A program made the translations under genes and the position numbers. The notes under the pieces are model-generated. The model ran no database searches, was not told where the DNA came from, and saw only the letters and a program-made list of their open reading frames with translations. Source: Burkholderiales bacterium (GTDB taxonomy: Bacteria > Pseudomonadota > Gammaproteobacteria > Burkholderiales > JAEUOS01). Taken from it: 64,000 nt of DNA. The first letter of the stretch is position 1. Every line of letters starts with the position of its first letter. Below are positions 18,176 to 26,191 of the stretch, in pieces. Where the stretch lies: the NCBI GenBank assembly GCA_031362865.1, contig JANLTH010000024.1, forward strand, positions 10,985 through 74,984. Direction: 5' to 3'.

Positions 18176-19179
18176 TGGTGACAGGCGTGGCGGCGGTTCC
18201 GATCTGTCTGATCGGCGGCTATCTTGGCGCTGGCAAGACCACGCTCATCAATCACTTGCTGCGCCACGCCGAAGGGCGGCGCATCACGGTTTTCGTCAAT
18301 GACTTCGGCAGCATCAATATCGATGCGGATTTGATCGAGGCCACCGAGGGCAACAAGCTCTCGCTCGCCAATGGCTGCGCCTGCTGCGCCGTGGGCGGCG
18401 ACCTGATGAATGCGCTGCTGGCGCTCGACAAAACGGTGCGCGACAACCCCGCTGCTGCGCCTGACCATCTCGTGATTGAAGCCAGCGGCGTGGCCGACCC
18501 GTGGAAGATCGCGCAGATCGGCTTTGCCGCAAGCACGGTGACAGGTGGCTTCAGGCTCGACGCGATCATCGTGCTGGCCGACGCGCTCAATCTGGCGGCG
18601 CAGCTTGCCGACAAGTACGTCGGCGAGAGCGTCGCCCGGCAGTTTGCGCACGCGGATTTAGTGGTGCTGAACAAGGCCGACCTGGCTTCGCCCGCAGAAC
18701 TCGCGGATGCACAAAGCACGATCGCCGAGCTCGCACCGCATGCACGTGTGCTGGAAACCAGCCATGGAAGGCTTTCTCCGGCCATATTGCTCGAAGAGGA
18801 TTATCCAGAGCGCGTTTTCACGCCTGCCGCATCGAACACCTTATCCAATGGCTTTCTCCAGTCGATAAGCGCCGGAGAGGCGCATGAGAGCTATGTCTCC
18901 GCCGCCTGGCAGAGCGCAACCCCCATCAATCGCCAGGCATTTGAGGAAGCGCTGCGCGCCCTGCCGGAGAGTGTGGTGCGCGGCAAAGGGATTTTGCAGT
19001 TTGAAGGTGAGGCGATCGCGACGATTTGGCACCGGGTTGGAAGCCGGGATACGTTTCGAGATGCTCCGGAAATGACCGACATCTCGCGCTGGGTTTTGAT
19101 AGCGAAGGGCGATGCAGTCGGGACTCTCTTCGCTGCATTTCGCCATATCGGCACGTTGATTTCGAGCGTGCAGCGCTAG
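18175..19179 (+). CDS. COG0523/CobW-family G3E GTPase (putative metallochaperone)
   Basis: Walker A GGYLGAGKTTLINHLL. CxCC motif NGCACCAV. NKADL motif (VVLNKADL). Confidence 0.85.
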   Translation: MVTGVAAVPICLIGGYLGAGKTTLINHLLRHAEGRRITVFVNDFGSINIDADLIEATEGNKLSLANGCACCAVGGDLMNALLALDKTVRDNPAAAPDHLVIEASGVADPWKIAQIGFAASTVTGGFRLDAIIVLADALNLAAQLADKYVGESVARQFAHADLVVLNKADLASPAELADAQSTIAELAPHARVLETSHGRLSPAILLEEDYPERVFTPAASNTLSNGFLQSISAGEAHESYVSAAWQSATPINRQAFEEALRALPESVVRGKGILQFEGEAIATIWHRVGSRDTFRDAPEMTDISRWVLIAKGDAVGTLFAAFRHIGTLISSVQR

Positions 19180-19346
19180 AAATCCCTTTCCCAATTCTTC
19201 TGCGTGGATACAATCCTCGCGTCGGAATAACCCGTATAGCAGCGTTGAATCCGGATATCGCGGAATACGCACGTGGCCCACAACCTGTGTTCGGTCAAAC
19301 AGATGGCAAGCCCTACTACCCACAAGCGCTTTTGATCGGCAAAGAC

Positions 19347-20879
19347 ATGAGCACTATCAACCCGAACCAGTCAGTGGCGAAACAATGGGAAGGTGACCTA
19401 TTCGAGCGCAGCAAGTCCGCCGATTTGCTCTACAGCTACCTCTCCGCTGACTACAAACGGAAAAAATCTCTCTCCTCAAAGAACCCGGCGACACCACAAG
19501 ATCTACGCGGATTGGTCATGGCCCTCACCGCCGATTGGGGCTTTGGTAAAACCTACTTTATCGACGATTGGAGCGAAGCTCTTAAAGGTCAGGGCCATCC
19601 GGTCGTCAAATTCAACGCGTGGGAAAGTGACTTTTCATCGGAACCATTGATCGGCTTCATCGCTGAAATCGACAAAGGTCTTTCTGAGTGGATCGGCTCA
19701 GTTCCAGCAGCCAAAAACATCGCGCCAACCTTACGTCGATATCTAGGAGCAGCGAAGAAAGAGGCGATACCACTGCTTGCGGAGGTTTGCCTGAAAAAGC
19801 TATCCGGATTCGGCATGCAGGAATTGACGGAACGTCTCAATGTACAGGATGCTTCAGAGGAGAATACCGCCAAATCGAAACCTATTGACCTGGACAAAGC
19901 CATTTCAAAGGTTGTCGAGCGTGCTTTGAAAGCTCACTCGGACAAGAAGGTGGCAATCAAATTATTCAAAGCCAAGTTGGCCGTGCTGGTAGAAGAAATT
20001 GAAAAAGCCTCCGGCAATCAGATGCCGATGTTCATCTTCATAGACGAACTGGATCGTTGCCGCCCGTCCTATGCGATTGAGCTGCTCGAAGGAATCAAGC
20101 ATTTGTTCGGTGTGCGTGGCATCTATTTCGTCATCGGTACAAACTTGACGCAACTGGGCCATGCGACCCAAGCCCTGTATGGCGCAAATTTTGATGGTAC
20201 GACGTACTTGAAGCGATTTTTTGACATTGACTATCAGCTGCAGCCCCCAAACGTTCATCAGTTTGCCGAGTACCTGTTTCAACATACCGAACTGGCGCGC
20301 GGCAACTTCGCACCAGCCCAGCTCCCGCACGGAATGCTGAGCCCAAACGCACTCAATTTGTCCGAACCCGCTTTGCTTTTCGCGATGTACGCTGAACAGT
20401 TCCGACTTAGCCTGCGAGATCAGGAGCAAATCGCAATTGTGCTTGAAGCCGTTTGTCAATCGAACGCACTGAACGGGTACAAAATTTACCCGCACTATCT
20501 TTTCGTACTTCTAATGATCCGGCATATAGATTCTCAGGTATTCGAGCAAATGCTCACGGGTTCCCAGACGCTTGAAGACACTATCAAACGCCTCAAGCGC
20601 TTCACGACTCCGTTCTTTCAGTACAACGACCGGTCAGGCACCAAGCCACGCTTAGTAGAGCTTCAATCATGGTCAGTAGCCGAAGCATTTCACGTTGTAC
20701 GGCGCGTGCAAATTCCGGTTCTGCGGAGAAAAATTAACTCCTTTGAAAGGACGGCGGATTACCCCGAAGAGCTTGTTTGGCAGATGAATGGCGACGAGAT
20801 GCAGAAACGCCTCCCGCAACTCCATAGCATTTCGCTCTACGCCGATTTGGTCAGGCAAGCGGGGCAACTTCGCATTTGA
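19347..20879 (+). CDS. KAP-family P-loop NTPase
   Basis: LTADWGFGKTYF (Walker A), FNAWESDFSSEPLIGF, MFIFIDELDRCRPSYAIELLEGIKHLF (Walker B and the KAP signature). ATG 19347 chosen. The in-frame track extension back to 19026 overlaps the preceding gene. GC is visibly lower than in the flanks. Confidence 0.85.
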   Translation: MSTINPNQSVAKQWEGDLFERSKSADLLYSYLSADYKRKKSLSSKNPATPQDLRGLVMALTADWGFGKTYFIDDWSEALKGQGHPVVKFNAWESDFSSEPLIGFIAEIDKGLSEWIGSVPAAKNIAPTLRRYLGAAKKEAIPLLAEVCLKKLSGFGMQELTERLNVQDASEENTAKSKPIDLDKAISKVVERALKAHSDKKVAIKLFKAKLAVLVEEIEKASGNQMPMFIFIDELDRCRPSYAIELLEGIKHLFGVRGIYFVIGTNLTQLGHATQALYGANFDGTTYLKRFFDIDYQLQPPNVHQFAEYLFQHTELARGNFAPAQLPHGMLSPNALNLSEPALLFAMYAEQFRLSLRDQEQIAIVLEAVCQSNALNGYKIYPHYLFVLLMIRHIDSQVFEQMLTGSQTLEDTIKRLKRFTTPFFQYNDRSGTKPRLVELQSWSVAEAFHVVRRVQIPVLRRKINSFERTADYPEELVWQMNGDEMQKRLPQLHSISLYADLVRQAGQLRI

Positions 20880-20884
20880 AACGG

Positions 20885-21490
20885 TCGATAGCCCGCACGA
20901 GAGCCTCCCCCCATAGCGTACCCGACTACCCCCGGATAAAAGCCATCGCGTGCGAAGAACTCTGGGCGGGCTTCGACACTGATGTCAGCGAAGGTCAAGT
21001 CAGTCACACTTGGCGCTGCACGGTTGCGCACAGACCCAGATAATCTCGCAGCGGCCTAGGCAGCGTCGGGAAGCGTTGCATCGGCAGCGCGGCGCGGACG
21101 ATGATTTACCACACACCTAAGGTTTCGTACAGGTAGGTCACGCGAGCACTCGGATATCGCGGGCGAAAGCCTGTCCGCCACTTTCGCCATTTTGAATGGG
21201 TACACGTTAACGACGGGTGACTGTTTCGTGCTGCGTCTGAGCGGGGAGCGCAGTTCGACTATTCGTCCCAACTCTCGGACGGTGGCAAGCCGTCCCACAA
21301 ATCTTCGCGAACGCTCGAGTCCGCAGAAAAGCTTTGCTCCCAGCCAGCGCGGGGTGCAGGCTGCGGCAGGCTCGCTGTCGGCGGGGGATTTGGCTGGTCT
21401 ACTGGCTTCAGTTTGATTTCCATGGGTGTCCTGGCAGCGCGTTTTGGCAACCTGCGAGACTACGTTGAACCTGCGGGCTGCGAGGAACTG
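20885..21490 (-). pseudogene. Decayed tandem paralog of the adjacent SGNH/GDSL hydrolase
   Basis: Nucleotide and protein similarity to 21460..22275, for example MQRFPTLPRPLRDYLGL vs MQRFPALPRPLRDYLGL, and FADISVEARPEFFARDGFYP vs FADLSVEAKPEYFARDGFHP. There is an in-frame TAA at 21108..21106 and a frameshift near 21000..21010. The nucleophile block GESTVAG is replaced by VSQVAKT. Confidence 0.7.
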
Positions 21491-22275
21491 GCATCGTGAG
21501 CGGTGACGATACCTGCCAGCGCCTCCCCCCAAGCCGCATACCCGGCTGCGCTCGGGTGAAAGCCGTCCCGTGCGAAATACTCCGGCTTGGCCTCAACCGA
21601 CAGGTCGGCAAACACGATCTCCGGCAATCCCCGCGCCGCACGATTGAGCGCAGCCGCACGCAAACCGAGGTAATCGCGCAGTGGCCTGGGCAGCGCCGGG
21701 AAGCGTTGCATTGGCGGCGCTGCGCAGACGATGACTTGCGTCACGCCCAGGGTTTCGCGCAAGTGTGCGATGAGTGCGCGCAAGTCGCGGGCATAGGCGC
21801 GCGGCGCACGCAAGGCGATGCTGTCGTTCACGCCGAAGACGATCAATGCCGTGAAGACGCTTTCCTGGCTTGCCTCTTCAGGCATCTTCAGAAGGGAATT
21901 GGTGGCGGGACTTGCAGCCAATTCGGCCTTCAGATTGGCAGTGGCTTCGCGCACGGTGGCACCCGACCAGCCAAAAGCCTGCCATGCCACCGGCTGCCTG
22001 GTTCGGCGCGCGAGCGCGGCGGCGGTTTGCGCCGTTAGCGCCTCCTCATGGGTATCGACCCCAACTCCGGCGACGGTCGATTCACCAACGGCGATCAAGC
22101 GCAAGCTTGGCCCGCTGCCGACGATCTGCCCAGCACTGGAGCCCGCAGCAGGCGGCAGCACCGGCGTGTCGCGGCGCACGCGCCTGCCTTGCACGAGCAG
22201 CCACGGGCTTAAGGGAATAGCTGCCAGGTTGAGGGCTAGGGCCGCGCCGGTCAGGTGCATTTGACCCATCCCCAC
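21460..22275 (-). CDS. SGNH/GDSL hydrolase family protein
   Basis: Block I LIAVGESTVAGVG, block III FGVNDS, and the C-terminal DGFHPS block are present. The exact start is uncertain. Confidence 0.75.
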   Translation of the reverse strand: MGMGQMHLTGAALALNLAAIPLSPWLLVQGRRVRRDTPVLPPAAGSSAGQIVGSGPSLRLIAVGESTVAGVGVDTHEEALTAQTAAALARRTRQPVAWQAFGWSGATVREATANLKAELAASPATNSLLKMPEEASQESVFTALIVFGVNDSIALRAPRAYARDLRALIAHLRETLGVTQVIVCAAPPMQRFPALPRPLRDYLGLRAAALNRAARGLPEIVFADLSVEAKPEYFARDGFHPSAAGYAAWGEALAGIVTAHDASSSQPAGST

Positions 22276-22317
22276 CCTGACCCTCCCCTTGAAAGGGAGG
22301 GAAGTTCACTGGGGGCA

Positions 22318-23082
22318 TTACGCAAAGGGCGAAAAATCCGGCTTGCGCTTTTGAAAAAACGCTGTGAAGGCTTCACGTGCCGCTGGTTCGGCAAGCATGG
22401 TGCGAAAGTGACCGCCTTCGGCCTTCATCTGTGCGACAACGTTGGCGGCATGCGCCGATTTCATCAGCGCTTTGGTCGTGCGGACTGATTTGCCGGGCAG
22501 TGCGGCGAGTTTGGCGGCAGCTTTTTCTGCCGTGGCATAAAGCTCGGCGGGAGCGACGATCTCGGTCACGAATCCGGCGGCTTTGGCTTTCTCGGCAACG
22601 AAAGCTTCGCCCAGAAGCAGCAACTCGGCCGCGCGCTGGTGGCCCGCAATCATCGGCAGCAGGTAGCTTGAAGCGGCTTCCGGCACCAGCCCCAGGCTCA
22701 CAAACGGCAGGCTGAATCTGGCGTTGTCGGCGGCATAGACCAGATCGCAATGAAACAGCATGGTCGTGCCCACGCCCACCGCAGCGCCCGCGACCGCAGC
22801 AACAATCGGCTTTTCGCACTGGCTGATATGGTCGAGAAACTGGAACACCGGGCTGCTGCCTTCACTGGGCGGCGCGTTCATGAAGTCGCCCAGGTCATTG
22901 CCCGCCGTAAAGATTTCCGGCTTGCCGCGAAACAGCACCACCCGAACGGCGGCATCGGCGCGCGCTGCCTTGAGCGCATCGGCCATCGCCTGGTACATCG
23001 CGGCGGTGATCGAGTTTTTCTTTTCGATGCGGTCGAACTCGATAGTCATCACACCGGCGTTGGTCGAGACAAGAATGCTCAT
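22318..23082 (-). CDS. Enoyl-CoA hydratase/isomerase (crotonase) family
   Basis: MTIEFDRIEKKNSI...FTAGNDLGDF...VAAVAGAAVGVGTTMLFHCDL. ATG 23082 forms an ATGA overlap with the upstream gene stop. Confidence 0.85.
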   Translation of the reverse strand: MSILVSTNAGVMTIEFDRIEKKNSITAAMYQAMADALKAARADAAVRVVLFRGKPEIFTAGNDLGDFMNAPPSEGSSPVFQFLDHISQCEKPIVAAVAGAAVGVGTTMLFHCDLVYAADNARFSLPFVSLGLVPEAASSYLLPMIAGHQRAAELLLLGEAFVAEKAKAAGFVTEIVAPAELYATAEKAAAKLAALPGKSVRTTKALMKSAHAANVVAQMKAEGGHFRTMLAEPAAREAFTAFFQKRKPDFSPFA

Positions 23083-23978
23083 GATGGTTGCGGCTCCAGT
23101 TTGAATGGTGTGAACAGCGGTGTCAGCAAGGGAAGCAGATTTGACCAGTGGACCGCCATCTCCTTGCGGAACAGACCGAGGTGCCCGATCCGCTTGAGAC
23201 CCCAGTCCGCCGGTGCCACCCGCGTGTGCTGGCGCGGTGCGGCAGTGTAGCAATTGAGCATCGCCTCGGTGCTCTCGTGGGTCATGAATTCGTCATCGGT
23301 GAAGGAGAGGTAATGCACCGGGAAGGTCACCCGCGCAAAAGCCTCCCTGGCACCGGGTTCCACGCCGACGCAATATTCCGGGTCGCGGCACCAGCCGACC
23401 CACTGCTGCATCGCGCCTTTGGGGATATCGTCGAAGATGCCGAGCTTGCGCCCCGGAAAATAGCCCGCCAATGCCATCGCGATGGGGCCAACGAGGTACA
23501 TCAGCAGCGGCGACCGCCACTTGATGCCGGGCGCACAAATGCGCCAATAGCCGCTGCCCGTGCCGATGGCGAGCAGACCGTCAATCCCTTCCAGGCGCGG
23601 CAGAAAGCCCGGCAATTGTCCGCCGAGTGAACTGCCGAGCAGCAGCAGCCTCATCTTCGGGTTCGAATAGCGCGCGTGGTCAATCGCAGCCTGATAGTCT
23701 TCGCGCACCCAGGTCAGGGTGTCGGTTTTGACACGACGCACATCGCCGCCTTGCAGCGGCAGCGAAGCGCCAAAGCCGCGATAGTCAAAGGTGGTGACGG
23801 CGTAACCCTGGCTTGCCAGCCAGTTCGCGAAATGTTTGTAGTAGCCAGCCGGAACCCCCATCGCCGGGCCAACAACGATGGCGGCTTGCGCCGCACCCTC
23901 GGGGAAAAACTGCTGGGCGGCAATCTGCGTGCCGTCCGCGGTGGTCAGCGTGATCGGGCTCAGCCTGGTTTCTGTCAT
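23079..23978 (-). CDS. Alpha/beta hydrolase fold protein
   Basis: Nucleophile elbow LLLGSSLGG and the overall alpha/beta hydrolase pattern. ATG 23978 (MTETRLSP). Confidence 0.7.
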   Translation of the reverse strand: MTETRLSPITLTTADGTQIAAQQFFPEGAAQAAIVVGPAMGVPAGYYKHFANWLASQGYAVTTFDYRGFGASLPLQGGDVRRVKTDTLTWVREDYQAAIDHARYSNPKMRLLLLGSSLGGQLPGFLPRLEGIDGLLAIGTGSGYWRICAPGIKWRSPLLMYLVGPIAMALAGYFPGRKLGIFDDIPKGAMQQWVGWCRDPEYCVGVEPGAREAFARVTFPVHYLSFTDDEFMTHESTEAMLNCYTAAPRQHTRVAPADWGLKRIGHLGLFRKEMAVHWSNLLPLLTPLFTPFKLEPQPS

Positions 23979-23982
23979 GGGA

Positions 23983-24510
23983 TCACGCCTTGGTCGGTTG
24001 CACAACAATTTCCTGCCAATGATTGGCCAGGTGCATCAGGTGGGCACGGGTGTAGTCTGCCTTGCTCAGGTCGCCATAGGCAAAGTGGGGCTTGAGTGCA
24101 CCGGGGTGTTTTTCAAAATCAGACAATGCCTTCAAGAGCCGCGCCAGTCCCTGCTCTTGGGGCAATGCCTGATTGAGCGCAGGGGCACCGGGAATCGGTT
24201 CGCTTAAAGAGTGGCTCATTGCGCCGCGTGCGGAAAATACAGTCCAGGCCGCTGCCCCAAGCGTGCCGCGAAAGGCCGCGCCCTTCATTTCCGGAAAACC
24301 GGCGAGCGAATATTCGACGCTCTGCGCAAGGTGCTCCAGCACTGCACCAAGCTTCCAGGTGCCTTGCATCTGTACTTTGCTTGTGGCCAGACTTTCGAGC
24401 GCGCGCCGGGCATCGCCCAGTGTGGCGAAGGTTTTGACTTCCGCCGCATCACAACCGGCCAGAGCCAAGCTGACTGCCGGAGCGGCGATGATGAATTGGC
24501 GGCGGCGCAT
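23983..24510 (-). CDS. DUF1569-like protein with Tat/lipoprotein-like leader
   Basis: MRRRQFIIAAPAVSLALAGC leader. The C-terminal HLMHLANHWQ resembles the DinB/DUF1569 pattern. Confidence 0.5.
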   Translation of the reverse strand: MRRRQFIIAAPAVSLALAGCDAAEVKTFATLGDARRALESLATSKVQMQGTWKLGAVLEHLAQSVEYSLAGFPEMKGAAFRGTLGAAAWTVFSARGAMSHSLSEPIPGAPALNQALPQEQGLARLLKALSDFEKHPGALKPHFAYGDLSKADYTRAHLMHLANHWQEIVVQPTKA

Positions 24511-24523
24511 CAGTCGAGGGGCT

Positions 24524-24964
24524 TCAGGATTTTGGATAGAGGATCATCTGCGTGCAGCGGAAGATCGCAATTGCCTTGCCGGGTGCGCCATCAGCCCGGC
24601 GATGCGAAACCGTCGCATCCCACACCTGGGTGGTTCGCCCGCCATGCACCAGGCGCGTCTCACAGTCGATCACGCCTTCGCGCGCCGTGCCCAGGTGGTT
24701 GCTCTTCAGTTCCAGCGTGGTGAAACCGCTGGCACCTTCGGGCAGGTGCGCGACGCAGGCGTAGCCGGACAAAGTATCCGCGAGTGTGACGACAGAACCC
24801 GCATGCAGAAAGCCATTCGGCGCGAACAGCTCCTTGCGGATCGCCAGCTCGGCCCGCGCCTGGCCTTCGCGCATCTCCAGAATCCAGATGCCCAGCAGGC
24901 CGGGCAGGTGCCCGGTACTGCGCTGGTTCCAGAAGTCAATCGTCAACGCTGCATTGAATGCCAT
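24524..24964 (-). CDS. PaaI-family hotdog thioesterase
   Basis: NGFLHAGSVVTLADT and the overall length (146 aa) are typical for this family. Confidence 0.8.
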   Translation of the reverse strand: MAFNAALTIDFWNQRSTGHLPGLLGIWILEMREGQARAELAIRKELFAPNGFLHAGSVVTLADTLSGYACVAHLPEGASGFTTLELKSNHLGTAREGVIDCETRLVHGGRTTQVWDATVSHRRADGAPGKAIAIFRCTQMILYPKS

Positions 24965-24979
24965 GGGCTGTACTCCCCG

Positions 24980-26176
24980 CTACAAGGTTTCGAAGATTCC
25001 TGCGGCACCCATGCCGGTGCCCACGCACATGGAGACCATGCTGTATTTGGCCTTGATGCGCCGCGCACCGTGAATCGCGGTGGCCGCACGCATCGCACCA
25101 GTGGCACCCAGCGGGTGGCCCAGGGCAATGGCCCCGCCGTTTGGATTGAGGACAGCGGGGTTGAGCCCCAAATCGCCGATGACAGCAAGCGCCTGCGCGG
25201 CAAACGCTTCGTTCAACTCGATCCAACCCAGGTCGTCCTGCTTGAGCCCGGCATATCTGAGCGCCAGCGGAATCGCCTCTTTCGGGCCGATACCCATGAT
25301 GTGCGGCGGCACACCCTTGATGGCGAAAGAGACAAAGCGCGCCAGCGGGGTCAGGTTGTACTGCTTGAGCGCCTTTTCCGAGACGATCAGCAATGCGCCG
25401 GCACCGTCGGATGTCTGTGAGCTGTTACCGGCGGTCACGCTGCCTTTGGCGGCGAACACCGGGCGCAGCTTGCCCAGCGTGTCCATCGAGGTATCGGCGC
25501 GCGGGCCTTCGTCGGTGTCAGCGTTGCGCAACTTGGCGACGATTTCACCGCTGCTTAAATCCGGAAAGCGTTCGTTGATCCCAACCGTGGTGATCTCTCC
25601 CTTGAAATGCCCGGCGGCAATCGCTGCCATCGCTTTTTGGTGTGATTTGACCGAGAACTCGTCCTGCGCCTCGCGCGAGACTTTCCACTGCTCGGCGACC
25701 CTTTCGGCGGTCAAACCCATGCCGTAGGCGATGCCGATGTTTTCGTCGCTGAAGATTGCGCTGTTCATTGATGGCGCATTGCCCATCATTGGCACCATGC
25801 TCATCGATTCGCAGCCGCCGGCAAGCATCACGTCAGCCTCCCCGACCCGGATGCGGTCTGCCGCCATGGCAATGGTGGTCAGGCCCGAGGCACAGAAGCG
25901 GTTTACCGTGACACCACCGACGCTATTCGGCAGACCCGCCAACAGGACGGCGATGCGCGCCACGTTCAGCCCCTGTTGCGCCTCTGGAATCGCACAGCCG
26001 ATGATCGCGTCTTCGACGGCATGCGGGTCGAGCGAAGGCACTTGCGCCATCGCACCGCGGATCGCCGCCACCAAGAGGTCATCAGGCCGGGTGTTTTTGA
26101 ACATGCCGCGCGGCGCTTTACCAATCGGCGTGCGCGTTGCGGCAACAATGTAGGCTTCTTGTACTTGTTTGCTCAT
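24980..26176 (-). CDS. fadA: Acetyl-CoA C-acyltransferase (3-ketoacyl-CoA thiolase)
   Basis: NRFCASGL active-site Cys, GNSSQTSDGA, and the C-terminal MCVGTGMG are present. Confidence 0.92.
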   Translation of the reverse strand: MSKQVQEAYIVAATRTPIGKAPRGMFKNTRPDDLLVAAIRGAMAQVPSLDPHAVEDAIIGCAIPEAQQGLNVARIAVLLAGLPNSVGGVTVNRFCASGLTTIAMAADRIRVGEADVMLAGGCESMSMVPMMGNAPSMNSAIFSDENIGIAYGMGLTAERVAEQWKVSREAQDEFSVKSHQKAMAAIAAGHFKGEITTVGINERFPDLSSGEIVAKLRNADTDEGPRADTSMDTLGKLRPVFAAKGSVTAGNSSQTSDGAGALLIVSEKALKQYNLTPLARFVSFAIKGVPPHIMGIGPKEAIPLALRYAGLKQDDLGWIELNEAFAAQALAVIGDLGLNPAVLNPNGGAIALGHPLGATGAMRAATAIHGARRIKAKYSMVSMCVGTGMGAAGIFETL

Positions 26177-26191
26177 GTTGTTCTCCTTCGA

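Noticed and set aside
19026-19346. N-terminal 107-codon extension of the KAP NTPase ORF
   Set aside because: It overlaps the 3' end of the COG0523 gene in another frame and lacks KAP similarity. ATG 19347 gives a typical KAP N-terminus.
22281-22301. CCCTCCC-N7-GGGAGGG hairpin as a terminator between the crotonase and SGNH genes
   Set aside because: The stem is real, but no U-run follows on the transcribed (minus) strand, and the genes may be co-transcribed. Evidence is too weak to call a terminator.
24173-25420. 415-aa plus-strand ORF
   Set aside because: It runs antisense across DUF1569, the thioesterase and the thiolase genes, each of which has clear family motifs.
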